Origin: an uncultured Alteromonadaceae bacterium
GTDB taxonomy: Bacteria; Pseudomonadota; Gammaproteobacteria; Pseudomonadales; Halieaceae
Length of the DNA: 64,000 nt
NCBI GenBank assembly: GCA_964420615.1
Contig: CAYQUE010000001.1
Location: 3,386 to 67,385, forward strand
Reading direction: 5' to 3'
A program made the position numbers and the translations under genes. The notes below the pieces were generated by a model. That model saw nothing but the letters and a program-made list of their open reading frames with translations. It was not told the DNA's origin and searched no databases. This document shows positions 38,941-48,206 of this stretch, in pieces (the first letter of the stretch is position 1; each line of letters opens with the position of its first letter).

Positions 38941-40419
38941 TCAGGGGGCAATGAGTTGCAACCGCCGCGCCGCGGTCATCGCCTCCAGCCAAGCGAGAAT
39001 CTCCTGCGTGTTCGCCTCGGTATGAATGATCCGGTGCGCATACACGTCAATCAGCAAGCGCTGCGCCACGGGATCACCCGGGCTCCCGTACCAGGCCCAA
39101 TCCGCGATGTGGCTCGCCATAATGATATCGGTCTCCATCAGGGCGCGCGCACGCCTATCCAGTGCCCCTACCCCCCCGGCCAATGTAGTAATCGCGGCGG
39201 CTTGCTCGTCGAAAGACGCCGGGGTCCAGTGCGACGGAATGTCATCCCACCAGCCAACGTAGCGCCGCATGACCATCTTTGAGATGTCCTGCCAGCTCAC
39301 ATATTGCTGTTTGAGAGTCGGGTGATTGAGGAGATGATCGGGCACCTCGAGGGAGCGATAAATCAGATCTTGTCGCGTTCCCTTATTGAGCTCGGCCTTG
39401 GTCTGGTGAATGACCCACTCGAGCGCCTCGGCCAGCACTGAGAGGTTTTCCTGAATCAATCCTGGGTCGGCCAGTGCCTTCCCGTGCGCCGGTAAAAGCA
39501 GTGACGCCTCTTCAGCCGCCATTTCTCGCAGTGCCGCCGCCCACTCCTCCGGGTAGCGCTGCACCCGCTTGCCGTTGCCTGTATTAGGCAAAAACCCCTG
39601 ATAGTAATCTGCGCTTGCCAGCATTTGGCGACCCGGTACCCAAACATAGAGCTGATCATCAGTCTCACCCGGTCGAGCCCGAAGCACAAAGTCTTCCCCA
39701 CCAATCGTGAGCGTTAGCTCTCCTTCGAAGGTGCGCGTCGGGTAAACGAGGTCCTCACGACTCGCTGGCAAGCTGGCGATGGGCTGCCCCATGTACTTCG
39801 CCAGATTGCCGCCAAGCGCGATGTAGCGATCGAAGCGTTTAGGCAGATCCGCCTGCGCCACAATCTCGGGATTGTCGGCCATCAGCGCCCACGTGCCGTA
39901 GGCGTGATCAACGTGACCATGGGTGTAGATAATCGTATGAATCGGCGCATCGCTGACCGAGGCGATTAGCTCGCGAATCACCGGCCCCGCCGCCGCCATC
40001 CCCGCATCAACCAGCACCAGGCCTTCATCGGTTTCGAACACCACCACGTTCACCAGCGGCAGATAAATTATCCAGGTGTTGGGAGCGACCGATTCAATAC
40101 GCGAGAGCTTGCGCGCGTCGGCGATACCCGCGTCGGAGGCGTTAAAGATATCGGTAGCGATCGCTGTTGAAAAAGTGCCACCGAACGCGCCACCGCGCTG
40201 AATGGCGGGCACGATCCCGGGGAACTCGATCAATAGCGACGCGCGTGCGTCGACTCGCTCACTCTGACTGGCCGCCCACAGCGCGGCGCGCCCGGCAGCG
40301 GCAGCGACGAGGTTTTGCGTCTGCTCTCTGAATGCGGACTGCTCCTGTTGTGGCAACCAGAGCGCGCCCACGACCGCGCCCGTGAGAAACAACATCGCGC
40401 CCAACAACCACTTTGTCAT
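38941..40419 (-). CDS. Alkyl/aryl-sulfatase-like metallo-beta-lactamase-fold hydrolase (exported)
   Basis: THGHVDH, GETDD, FLPN.GN..RVQRY..EW, LLPAHG, YVGWWD dimerisation region; N-terminal signal/anchor. Confidence 0.82.
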   Translation of the reverse strand: MTKWLLGAMLFLTGAVVGALWLPQQEQSAFREQTQNLVAAAAGRAALWAASQSERVDARASLLIEFPGIVPAIQRGGAFGGTFSTAIATDIFNASDAGIADARKLSRIESVAPNTWIIYLPLVNVVVFETDEGLVLVDAGMAAAGPVIRELIASVSDAPIHTIIYTHGHVDHAYGTWALMADNPEIVAQADLPKRFDRYIALGGNLAKYMGQPIASLPASREDLVYPTRTFEGELTLTIGGEDFVLRARPGETDDQLYVWVPGRQMLASADYYQGFLPNTGNGKRVQRYPEEWAAALREMAAEEASLLLPAHGKALADPGLIQENLSVLAEALEWVIHQTKAELNKGTRQDLIYRSLEVPDHLLNHPTLKQQYVSWQDISKMVMRRYVGWWDDIPSHWTPASFDEQAAAITTLAGGVGALDRRARALMETDIIMASHIADWAWYGSPGDPVAQRLLIDVYAHRIIHTEANTQEILAWLEAMTAARRLQLIAP

Positions 40420-40454
40420 CGCGTGAAACCCTGATCCGACAGCAGTAGGCCGAT

Positions 40455-41171
40455 CTAGACCCGGTCTGGGGCATGGCTGGCAAATACCAGCCACTCGGCG
40501 CCCTCTGCACCTGCGACCAGATCGTAGGACTGCCCGGCGTCACTGCAAAAAAATTCACCCGAGGCGATACTGCCGACCCCCTGCACAGACACGCTACCGG
40601 CCCTCAGGTACCAGACTGCCTCAAAATCCAGCGCAAAATTTTCCGCGCTGTCGCGCTCGCGCATCTGCACGCGAAAAATCAACGGCCCCTCGTCGAGCAT
40701 GGCCCCCAACTGCGGAATGGGATCACCCGGGGCAATCAACGGCAGGTCATCACACCGTCGCCGACCCGCCACATGCTCAAACCGGGCGAGGCGCTCGGTG
40801 AGCGTTTTGGGCACCTCATAGAGGTCGGCCCAATTAAGGCCAATGTCTCCTCCCAGACTGAACAAGTGAAACTGTACCCCCTGCTCACCCGCTTCTTCCG
40901 GACCATAGGCGTGCCCGGCTTTCACCCAACGGATATCACCCGGACAAAACGCACCTTCGTCGCCAATACGCATTTCCCCCTGGGTGATCAGGTAAATCGT
41001 GTCATGGGGATGCCAGTGCTCCCCAGCGTAAAAATTCGCGGGAAAATCCGCCTCAATCAAAAACGGTTCGCGGCTGCGCAGAATGCGCGTTGGCGTTGTC
41101 GGGCGCCCATGAGGGTCATGGAAACTCTCCCAGGGCAAATCGTCGGGTTTGATATGTTGTGCGTCAGCCAT
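40455..41171 (-). CDS. Cupin-domain protein
   Basis: EHWHPHDTIYLI..GEM.IG..G..RWV.AGHAYGPE; a second degenerate cupin follows. Confidence 0.7.
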   Translation of the reverse strand: MADAQHIKPDDLPWESFHDPHGRPTTPTRILRSREPFLIEADFPANFYAGEHWHPHDTIYLITQGEMRIGDEGAFCPGDIRWVKAGHAYGPEEAGEQGVQFHLFSLGGDIGLNWADLYEVPKTLTERLARFEHVAGRRRCDDLPLIAPGDPIPQLGAMLDEGPLIFRVQMRERDSAENFALDFEAVWYLRAGSVSVQGVGSIASGEFFCSDAGQSYDLVAGAEGAEWLVFASHAPDRV

Positions 41172-41229
41172 GCGTCATGGATCTCTCATGCAGTTGTGTA
41201 GTGAATCCGGTTTCGCTGTCGGCGGCCCG

Positions 41230-41718
41230 TTAGCCAGATGACGAGCGCGCCCCCGCGGCTTCGATTGACCGTCTGTAAAAATCTTCAAGATACGCCAACA
41301 GCGTGTCACCAATGATTTCGACGAGCAAGCCCGCCGGATCCTGAAAATATCCCTGGGGATCGCCCCGCTCCCCCAACACCCGCTCATAGCCTTGCGCTTC
41401 AAAAGCGTGGCAAGTCGCTTCGGAGTCTGGACTGTAGAAACAAAGATGGTGCTGGGTGATCTCGCCCGAGAGCACCCATGGCGTATCGGGCACGGCTTCG
41501 ATCAGCTCGAAGTTGGCATGACCATTACTGGCATGGGCGATCCGTAATGGCAGACGCACGACTTTCCCAAAGAGGGTCAGGGGCCAATCCTCCCGATCCC
41601 CGCCAATCCATCGCAGGTCGAGCGCCCGTGACAGCCGCGCCTTTGCCGCCTCGATATCTCGGCACACCAGCCCGGTATGCACGAGCTGCAGCCCTCTCAT
41701 CGCCGCGTCCACAGACAT
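41230..41718 (-). CDS. VOC/glyoxalase family protein
   Basis: HTGLVCRDIE, FELIE, HHLCF, YFQDPAG..VE; GGAGG RBS. Confidence 0.78.
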   Translation of the reverse strand: MSVDAAMRGLQLVHTGLVCRDIEAAKARLSRALDLRWIGGDREDWPLTLFGKVVRLPLRIAHASNGHANFELIEAVPDTPWVLSGEITQHHLCFYSPDSEATCHAFEAQGYERVLGERGDPQGYFQDPAGLLVEIIGDTLLAYLEDFYRRSIEAAGARSSSG

Positions 41719-41866
41719 ATCGCACCACCTCCCGCCAAATCCTTCGATCACGCTACCATAATATCCATTCGCCGAAGATCGGGTGATCCGATCGCTGGCG
41801 AGACTGCCTTTGATGCCTCATCATCGAATATGTAGAGGTCAATGCAGCATGAATGGAGCGCGAGAG

Positions 41867-42682
41867 ATGAGCGAACGATTGGTGGCGTTGGCTTCGGGCG
41901 TGCATGACGGCAATCCACCCGTCGTGTCACCCGCGGATATGGTGCGCATCGCTGCAGATGCGGGTTTCAACAGCGTCGGGCTGTGGGTCGCACCGGGTGA
42001 GAACTGGCAGGCCGGCACCACAGGCGCGGTAAACCAGGCCCTGCGCGAAACGGGTATCGTTGTGCTAGATGTGGAAGTCATCTGGCTACAACCCGGCAAT
42101 CGCCCGGATCCGAAACACCATGAAATCATTGCCATCGGCGGCGAGATCGGCGCGCGCAATTGTTTGATCGTCAGCTCTGAACCCAACCGCGATCGGACCA
42201 AGCATCTGTTTGCCGACCTCTGCGAGCATGCGGATCGTGCCGGCATGCGCGCGTGTCTAGAGTATATGGCGATTACCGAGGTGAAGACGCTCGACGACGC
42301 ACTGGATGTGGTCACCAGCGTTGACCACCCCGCCGGCGGCATACTGGTTGACCCCTTTCATCATGAGCGCGTCGGTCACAGTCCGGAGAGAATTAGCGAG
42401 ATCCCGACGCAATGGCTCAGCTACGCGCAGCTGTGCGACATGCCCGAGCGCGGCGTTATCGAGGATGCCGAGGCTTACTTCACCGACGCCATCGACGGCC
42501 GACTGGCCCCCGGCGAGGGTGCCGTGCCAGTCGCGGAAATGGCCCGACTGCTGCCTGAGGATCTGCCGATCAGTCTGGAGATCCGCTCCCGCTACTACCG
42601 CGAGATGTACCCGGACCCACTTGAGCGCGCGCAGGCGATTCGCACAAAGACCCAGCAATTTTTTACAGCGCATGGGCTCTGA
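41867..42682 (+). CDS. Sugar-phosphate isomerase/epimerase family TIM-barrel protein
   Basis: GFNSVGLW, LDVE, LEYM, LVDPFH, YAQLCD, RLAPGEG, ISLE. Confidence 0.8.
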   Translation: MSERLVALASGVHDGNPPVVSPADMVRIAADAGFNSVGLWVAPGENWQAGTTGAVNQALRETGIVVLDVEVIWLQPGNRPDPKHHEIIAIGGEIGARNCLIVSSEPNRDRTKHLFADLCEHADRAGMRACLEYMAITEVKTLDDALDVVTSVDHPAGGILVDPFHHERVGHSPERISEIPTQWLSYAQLCDMPERGVIEDAEAYFTDAIDGRLAPGEGAVPVAEMARLLPEDLPISLEIRSRYYREMYPDPLERAQAIRTKTQQFFTAHGL

Positions 42683-42881
42683 TATTTGCGCCATGCCCCT
42701 CAGCGCGACATCGGTTGCCAAGACCTTTCTGTTCTTCAGGTCAGGGTCCGAAAAACCACCCGGCGGCCATGGCAAGATAGCGCTTGTCGCGCCCGCCTGA
42801 TCGAGCCCACAATCGAGGATCTACGGACCGGCGCTCTCGTGACGGCCAACGTTTTAGCCATTTAGGGAAAGATCATCAAAA

Positions 42882-45032
42882 ATGGGTCAATCTGAACACC
42901 CCGCAGCATCCAACCCTCCGGTCGATCTGAGCGCTTGCCACCCCAGTCACCGTATTCTCTTCGAGCCCATGCCCATCGGACCGGTGGTCGCGCCGAACCG
43001 GTTTTATCAAGTACCTCACGCGAGCGGCATGACAGAGGCGAATCCGCGCGTCCGCGCCGCTTTTCGGGAAACCAAAGCCGAAGGCGGCTGGGGTGTCGTC
43101 AGTACCGGCGCCGTATCGATCCACCCGAGCTCGGATGACTCTCCTCTGCCCTTTGCGCGGCTTTGGAATGACGCCGATATCGCCTCGCATGCCATGACGA
43201 CCGAAGCGATTCATCGTCATGGCAGTCTCGCCGCCGTAGAGCTTTGGCACGGTGGCGCCGTGGTCATGAACCGCACCTCTCGTTTACCCCCGCTATCACC
43301 TTCGGGAATCCCCTGGGCCGCAACCCACATCGGCTTCATGGGTCAGCAACGACCAAAAATCATGCAGGCCTCGGATATCGATGATGTGTTGCGCTGGCAG
43401 CGTCTGGCGACCCGACGCGCGCTCGACGCCGGCTTCGATATCCTCTACGTGTACGCGGGGATGGGATACCTCGGCTACGAGTTCCTTTTGCCTGAATACA
43501 ATCAGCGTAATGACGGGTATGGCGGGTCGCTTGAAAATCGCACGCGATTTGTCCGTGAAATGCTCGAGGTCACGCGTGACGAGGCTGGGAGCCGCGCGGC
43601 TGTGGCGCTGCGGATCAGCCTCGAAGAGCTCAGAGGAAAGTCCTCGGAACACTACCCCAGTGAAGCGCACGGGGTTGTCAGTTTGTTGTCGGATGTGCCG
43701 GACCTGTGGGACGTCAAAATGGATTCCAGCCCCACCGATTGCGGTGCCTCTCGCTTCCGACCAGAGGGTGCGCATGAGCCTATCATCGACTTTGTCAAAA
43801 CTGTCACCACAAAACCCGTGGTCGGCGTGGGCCGATTTACCTCACCCGATACGATGGTGTCGCAAATACGCCGGGGTGTCCTTGATCTGATCGGCGGCGC
43901 CCGCGCGAGCATCGCGGATCCCTTCTTGCCGAACAAAATTCGCACCGGTCGCAGTGACGAAATCCGTGAGTGCATCGGCTGCAATATTTGTATTGCCAGT
44001 TGGCACGATGGTGTCCCGGTACGATGCACCCAAAACGCCACCGCCGGCGAAGAGTGGCGACGCGGCTGGCACCCGGAACGTTTTGCGCAAACGCCGAGCA
44101 CGCGCTCTCTTCTCGTCATCGGCGGCGGCCCGGCGGGCCTTGAGGTGGCGTTGGTTGCCGCCCGGCAGGGTTTTGATGTGACCGTCGCTGAGCAACGCGA
44201 CGACTGGGGCGGCCGCGTATTATTGGAGAGCGCATTACCCGGGCTCGCCACTTGGCGACGCGTACGGGACTACCGTGTCTGGGCATTATCGCAAATGGGT
44301 AACGTGGCGATGTTCACCAACAGTCAGCTCGATGCCGAGGCCGCACTGGGCTTTGGTGCGAATCACATCGCGCTAGCGACCGGCGCTCGATGGACCAAGC
44401 GCCGTTATTCGCCACTGGAAATCCCGGTCGAATCCATGGATCAACCAGGCGTATTTACGCCAGATGATGTCTTCGCCAATCGCGTCGAGGGTGAGCGTCT
44501 ATTGGTGTTCGATTTCGACAATTATTACCTCGGCGGGGTCATCGCCGAGGCACTCAGCCAGCAAGGCAAAAGCGTGACTTATGCCACCCCCGCCGGACAT
44601 GCCTCCGCCTGGACCTTTATGACCAACGAGCTCCCTTACGTCTACCGCGCGCTGGCCACGGCTGACATCGCCATTCATACCAGCACTTATCTGACGGATT
44701 TCTCCGGTGCACGCGCACAGTTGAAAAACCTGTTCAATCAGGTGCCCATGGAGATCGAGGTGGACGGGATTGTGATCGTGGGGCATCGCGAGCCCAATCA
44801 CCTGCTTTACGACACCCTGAACTCAGCGCGCGCAGGAGTCGACGGACCGACGGTGGACCTTGTTGGCGATGCGCTCGCGCCGGGTGCGATTGTGCATGCG
44901 GTTCATAGCGGGCATAGTTATGCACGCGGCCTCGTCGAGGGGGACAACGGATATCTGCGCGACGAAGCCATCGTCTCGTCGGCCCCCCAACCGGCATTCC
45001 CAGTGGCGCACCGCGTGTCACTCACAGACTGA
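42882..45032 (+). CDS. Trimethylamine/histamine-dehydrogenase-like flavo-iron-sulfur protein (OYE family)
   Basis: NRFYQVPH, KAEGGWG, VGVGRFTSPD, ARASIADPFLP.KI, 4Fe-4S CIGCNIC...CTQN, GEEWRRGWHPE, GGGPAG. Confidence 0.88.
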   Translation: MGQSEHPAASNPPVDLSACHPSHRILFEPMPIGPVVAPNRFYQVPHASGMTEANPRVRAAFRETKAEGGWGVVSTGAVSIHPSSDDSPLPFARLWNDADIASHAMTTEAIHRHGSLAAVELWHGGAVVMNRTSRLPPLSPSGIPWAATHIGFMGQQRPKIMQASDIDDVLRWQRLATRRALDAGFDILYVYAGMGYLGYEFLLPEYNQRNDGYGGSLENRTRFVREMLEVTRDEAGSRAAVALRISLEELRGKSSEHYPSEAHGVVSLLSDVPDLWDVKMDSSPTDCGASRFRPEGAHEPIIDFVKTVTTKPVVGVGRFTSPDTMVSQIRRGVLDLIGGARASIADPFLPNKIRTGRSDEIRECIGCNICIASWHDGVPVRCTQNATAGEEWRRGWHPERFAQTPSTRSLLVIGGGPAGLEVALVAARQGFDVTVAEQRDDWGGRVLLESALPGLATWRRVRDYRVWALSQMGNVAMFTNSQLDAEAALGFGANHIALATGARWTKRRYSPLEIPVESMDQPGVFTPDDVFANRVEGERLLVFDFDNYYLGGVIAEALSQQGKSVTYATPAGHASAWTFMTNELPYVYRALATADIAIHTSTYLTDFSGARAQLKNLFNQVPMEIEVDGIVIVGHREPNHLLYDTLNSARAGVDGPTVDLVGDALAPGAIVHAVHSGHSYARGLVEGDNGYLRDEAIVSSAPQPAFPVAHRVSLTD

Positions 45033-45036
45033 AACA

Positions 45037-46131
45037 ATGCTCGAGACGCTCGAAAAAACATTGCCGCGCGCCAGCTACGTGGATCACGACGTATTTATCC
45101 GGGAGTATGGGGCGATCTTCGAGGCCGGGTGGGTGTGCATTGGCCGAGAGAACACGCTGCCCGCACCGGGAGACTATCTTGCCCTACGCTTGCAGCAACA
45201 ATCCCTGCTGGTTGTGCGCGACGAAACGGGCGATGTATCCGCATTTTTTAACGTATGCCGTCATCGTGGCACCGAGCTGGTACCTTTGGAGGACCCCGGG
45301 CCGGCAGCGGGTCATTTTTCGCGTCGCATTGTCTGCCCCTACCACGCCTGGAGTTACTCGCTCGACGGTGCTCTCCGTGGCACGCCGCACCTGGCCATTG
45401 ACACGTCAGGGGTCGGGCTGCATCCGCTGACGAGTGCTGTTTGGGGGGGCTTTATTTTTGTCTGCCTGCAACCCGAGCCAGCGCAGTCAATTGAGGACTC
45501 GCTCGGCGCGGGGATGGAGCGCCTCAAGCGATACCCGCTCGCTGATTTGAATACCGGCGCAACACTGACTTACGACGTAAAGGCCAACTGGAAAGTCATT
45601 CTCGAGAACTACAACGAGTGTTATCACTGCGGCCCAGTGCACCCGGAGCTATGCGCGATAGTTCCCGCGTTCAAACAGGCGGGAGGCAGTGGCCTTGATT
45701 GGGAGGATGGCGTGCCCCACCGCGAGGGTGCCAACACCTTCACCGCGTCGGGCACGACCTCGCGCGCGCCTTTTCCGGGGCTCAGCGACATCGAGAAAAC
45801 TCACCATAAGGGCGAGCTCTTCTACCCGAATTTAATGCTCAGCCTGTCGATGGATCACGTTGCCGCGTTTTATATCTGGCCGCTGGCGGCTGATCACACG
45901 CGCATCCAGTGCGACTTTTTGTTTCATCCGCAAGCCATGACTGAGGCCAACTTTGACCCAGGCGACGCGGTGAGTTTCTGGGATCTGGTCAATCGTCAGG
46001 ACTGGGCTATCTGCGAAAGCGTTCAGCGCGGCATGCAGACCCGCGTGTTCGAGCACGGCTATTACGCACCTATGGAAGACTACAGCCTGGACATTCGCCG
46101 CTACGTTCGCGAGAGGCTCGGCGAGGAGTGA
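45037..46131 (+). CDS. Rieske oxygenase alpha subunit (choline/betaine monooxygenase-like)
   Basis: CRHRG...CPYHAW, NWKVILENYNECYHC..VHPEL, VNRQDW.ICE.VQRG; starts 4 nt after the upstream stop. Confidence 0.9.
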   Translation: MLETLEKTLPRASYVDHDVFIREYGAIFEAGWVCIGRENTLPAPGDYLALRLQQQSLLVVRDETGDVSAFFNVCRHRGTELVPLEDPGPAAGHFSRRIVCPYHAWSYSLDGALRGTPHLAIDTSGVGLHPLTSAVWGGFIFVCLQPEPAQSIEDSLGAGMERLKRYPLADLNTGATLTYDVKANWKVILENYNECYHCGPVHPELCAIVPAFKQAGGSGLDWEDGVPHREGANTFTASGTTSRAPFPGLSDIEKTHHKGELFYPNLMLSLSMDHVAAFYIWPLAADHTRIQCDFLFHPQAMTEANFDPGDAVSFWDLVNRQDWAICESVQRGMQTRVFEHGYYAPMEDYSLDIRRYVRERLGEE

Positions 46132-46285
46132 CAGATTCTGGCCTGCGTCCTTCGCGTAGCTCGCGGACCCGAGGCTTCGTCTTGAGCTTTAGTGAGCGCC
46201 CCGCCCACGACCCGCAGGCGCACCTGACTACGGCGCATTACGACTGCTTGAGTTTGAACATCTCCCACGGCGCCGAGGCTGCCTC

Positions 46286-47575
46286 ATGCGGATAGCGATC
46301 CCGACCCGCTGGCGTCTTTTCAGTGTGCTGTTCCTGCTGAGCTTTCTCTCCTATCTCATGCGCCAGAATATTCATGTCGCAGGGGAGTTCATGATGCCCG
46401 AGCTGGGCATCAGCGAGCTGCAGATGGGTTGGATATACGCCGCATTTATCTGGGGCTATGCGGTCTGCCAGCTCCCTGGGGGCGTGTTTGGCAAACGCTT
46501 CGGTCCGCGCGCCGCGTTGACCATTGCCGGTGCGGTCTGGATCCTGACCACCGCGTTAACGGGCTGGCTACCGGGTCACGTCTTCACCACCGGCGCCGGC
46601 ATCATCGGCTCGCTCCTCGTCGTGCGGTTTCTGGTGGGGGTTGCCCACGCACCGATTTATCCGATTCAGGCATCGGTGGTCGAGCGGTGGTTCCCAGTTG
46701 GTCATTGGGCACTGCCCAATGCGGTAGGTAGCACTGGTCTCTCTCTGGGCGCAGCGGCCACACAGCCGCTGGTCGCCTTAGTGATGGTGTATTGGGGCTG
46801 GCGCGCCTCGTTTTATCTGTTTATACCGCTCGCCGTCGGTCTGTTTTGGCTGTGGTGGTGGTACGCCACCGATGATCCTGCCGAGCACCCGTCGATGCTG
46901 CCAGATGAGCTTGAGCATATTCAGAGCAACCGAGCGGCGCTGACACCAGATGTCGGATTCAGCGCATGGCGGCAACTGATCCGCAACCGCGACACACTGC
47001 TGTTGACCTGCGCTTACTTTGCCGAGAACTGCATCTTCTATCTGTTCTTTACCTGGTTCTTTCACTATCTGGTGACCGAACTCGGTTTCAGTATTCTCGA
47101 GACGGGTTTTCTCGCATCACTCCCCTGGCTCTGCGGCGCTGTTATGGCCTCTGTCGGTGGGTATACCTGTGATGCATTGTGCGCGCGGCTTGGCCCCCGG
47201 CTGGGCTGCCGCATTCCCGCGATTACGGGACTCCTTGCCGCCGGTGTGTTTCTCAATGCAGGTTTAGGCGCGAGCTCACCCTATACGGCGGTCATACTCC
47301 TGTCGCTGTGCTTCGCCAGCACGCAGCTAACCGAGGGGGCTTACTGGTCAGCGCAGACCTATATCGCCGGACCCTACACCGCACCGGCATGTGGTGTCAT
47401 GAATACCGGCGGCAATCTGGCCGGGATTGTGGTGGCGCCCCTGATGCCTTTCCTGGCAAGTCATATTGGCTGGGTCAGCGCGCTTTCTACGGGGACTGTT
47501 ATGGCCGTCGTTGGCGCTGTGCTGTGGTGCTTTATTCGACCCGACAAGCCGTTCGCACCGCAAACCACGCGCTAG
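46286..47575 (+). CDS. MFS transporter (ACS/organic anion type)
   Basis: About 12 TM helices, YAVCQLPGG..FGPR, RWFP, WGWRASF, GVMNTGGNLAG. Confidence 0.9.
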   Translation: MRIAIPTRWRLFSVLFLLSFLSYLMRQNIHVAGEFMMPELGISELQMGWIYAAFIWGYAVCQLPGGVFGKRFGPRAALTIAGAVWILTTALTGWLPGHVFTTGAGIIGSLLVVRFLVGVAHAPIYPIQASVVERWFPVGHWALPNAVGSTGLSLGAAATQPLVALVMVYWGWRASFYLFIPLAVGLFWLWWWYATDDPAEHPSMLPDELEHIQSNRAALTPDVGFSAWRQLIRNRDTLLLTCAYFAENCIFYLFFTWFFHYLVTELGFSILETGFLASLPWLCGAVMASVGGYTCDALCARLGPRLGCRIPAITGLLAAGVFLNAGLGASSPYTAVILLSLCFASTQLTEGAYWSAQTYIAGPYTAPACGVMNTGGNLAGIVVAPLMPFLASHIGWVSALSTGTVMAVVGAVLWCFIRPDKPFAPQTTR

Positions 47576-47637
47576 GGCCGCGTAACCCCCGGGCCCACTC
47601 AGAAAGGTCGACCGTCACTGCAGCATAGGGCTCTCTG

Positions 47638-48000
47638 CTACGCGGCGCTTCGCCGAAGTAGCGATAACCAGCTGGCGATCAGTACCAGACCGCCAAATGG
47701 CGTGACCATGGCGAACCCGGTAATGCCGGATAACACCACCGCGTAAAGCGAAAATGAAAACAGCACAATACCCACGGTAAATCCGAGCAATGATAGCCGC
47801 CACTTCGGCGATTCCTGACGCTCCGGTTGCAGTGCCAACACCAAAATCACAATTGCATGGAATAGGTGATACTGTGACGCGGTCTCCCAGACCGCCAAGC
47901 GCTCGGACGTAACGGCGCCCTCCAGCGCGTGAGCCCCAAAGGCGCCCGCAACGACGCCAGACGCACCAAGAAGACTGGCCGCAATCAGTCCTGCATTCAT
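47638..48000 (-). CDS. DUF423 (YgdD/TMEM256) membrane protein
   Basis: GAFGAHAL, WETASQYHLFHA, LFSFSLY, TPFGG...W. Confidence 0.9.
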   Translation of the reverse strand: MNAGLIAASLLGASGVVAGAFGAHALEGAVTSERLAVWETASQYHLFHAIVILVLALQPERQESPKWRLSLLGFTVGIVLFSFSLYAVVLSGITGFAMVTPFGGLVLIASWLSLLRRSAA

Positions 48001-48159
48001 ATCTAAGCCCATCCAGTCGCTCGTACAGCGTAATCTATTCAGCGCTACTAACGCCCGCCTAGAGCACATCCGCAAAACCCGTAGCGCAGCCCCATACCAA
48101 GCCACAACCCGCTGCTGACTGTCTATGAAAAGCGGCCCCTTTCGGTGTAATCCACGGAC

Positions 48160-48184
48160 AAAAACGCCGGCATTGGCCGGCGTT
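48160..48184 (-). terminator. Rho-independent terminator after surface protein copy 1
   Basis: AACGCCGGC-ATTG-GCCGGCGTT stem with A-tract at 48160-48164 (U-tail on the minus strand). Confidence 0.75.
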
Positions 48185-48206
48185 GGAGCATATTTGAGAC
48201 GTCAGG

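Noticed and set aside
40473-41201. 242-aa plus-strand ORF
   Set aside because: Antisense to the cupin gene, which has clear motifs and fits the minus-strand gene run.
42882-45032. Bona fide trimethylamine dehydrogenase
   Set aside because: The flavin-attachment Cys and the His172 equivalent are substituted.
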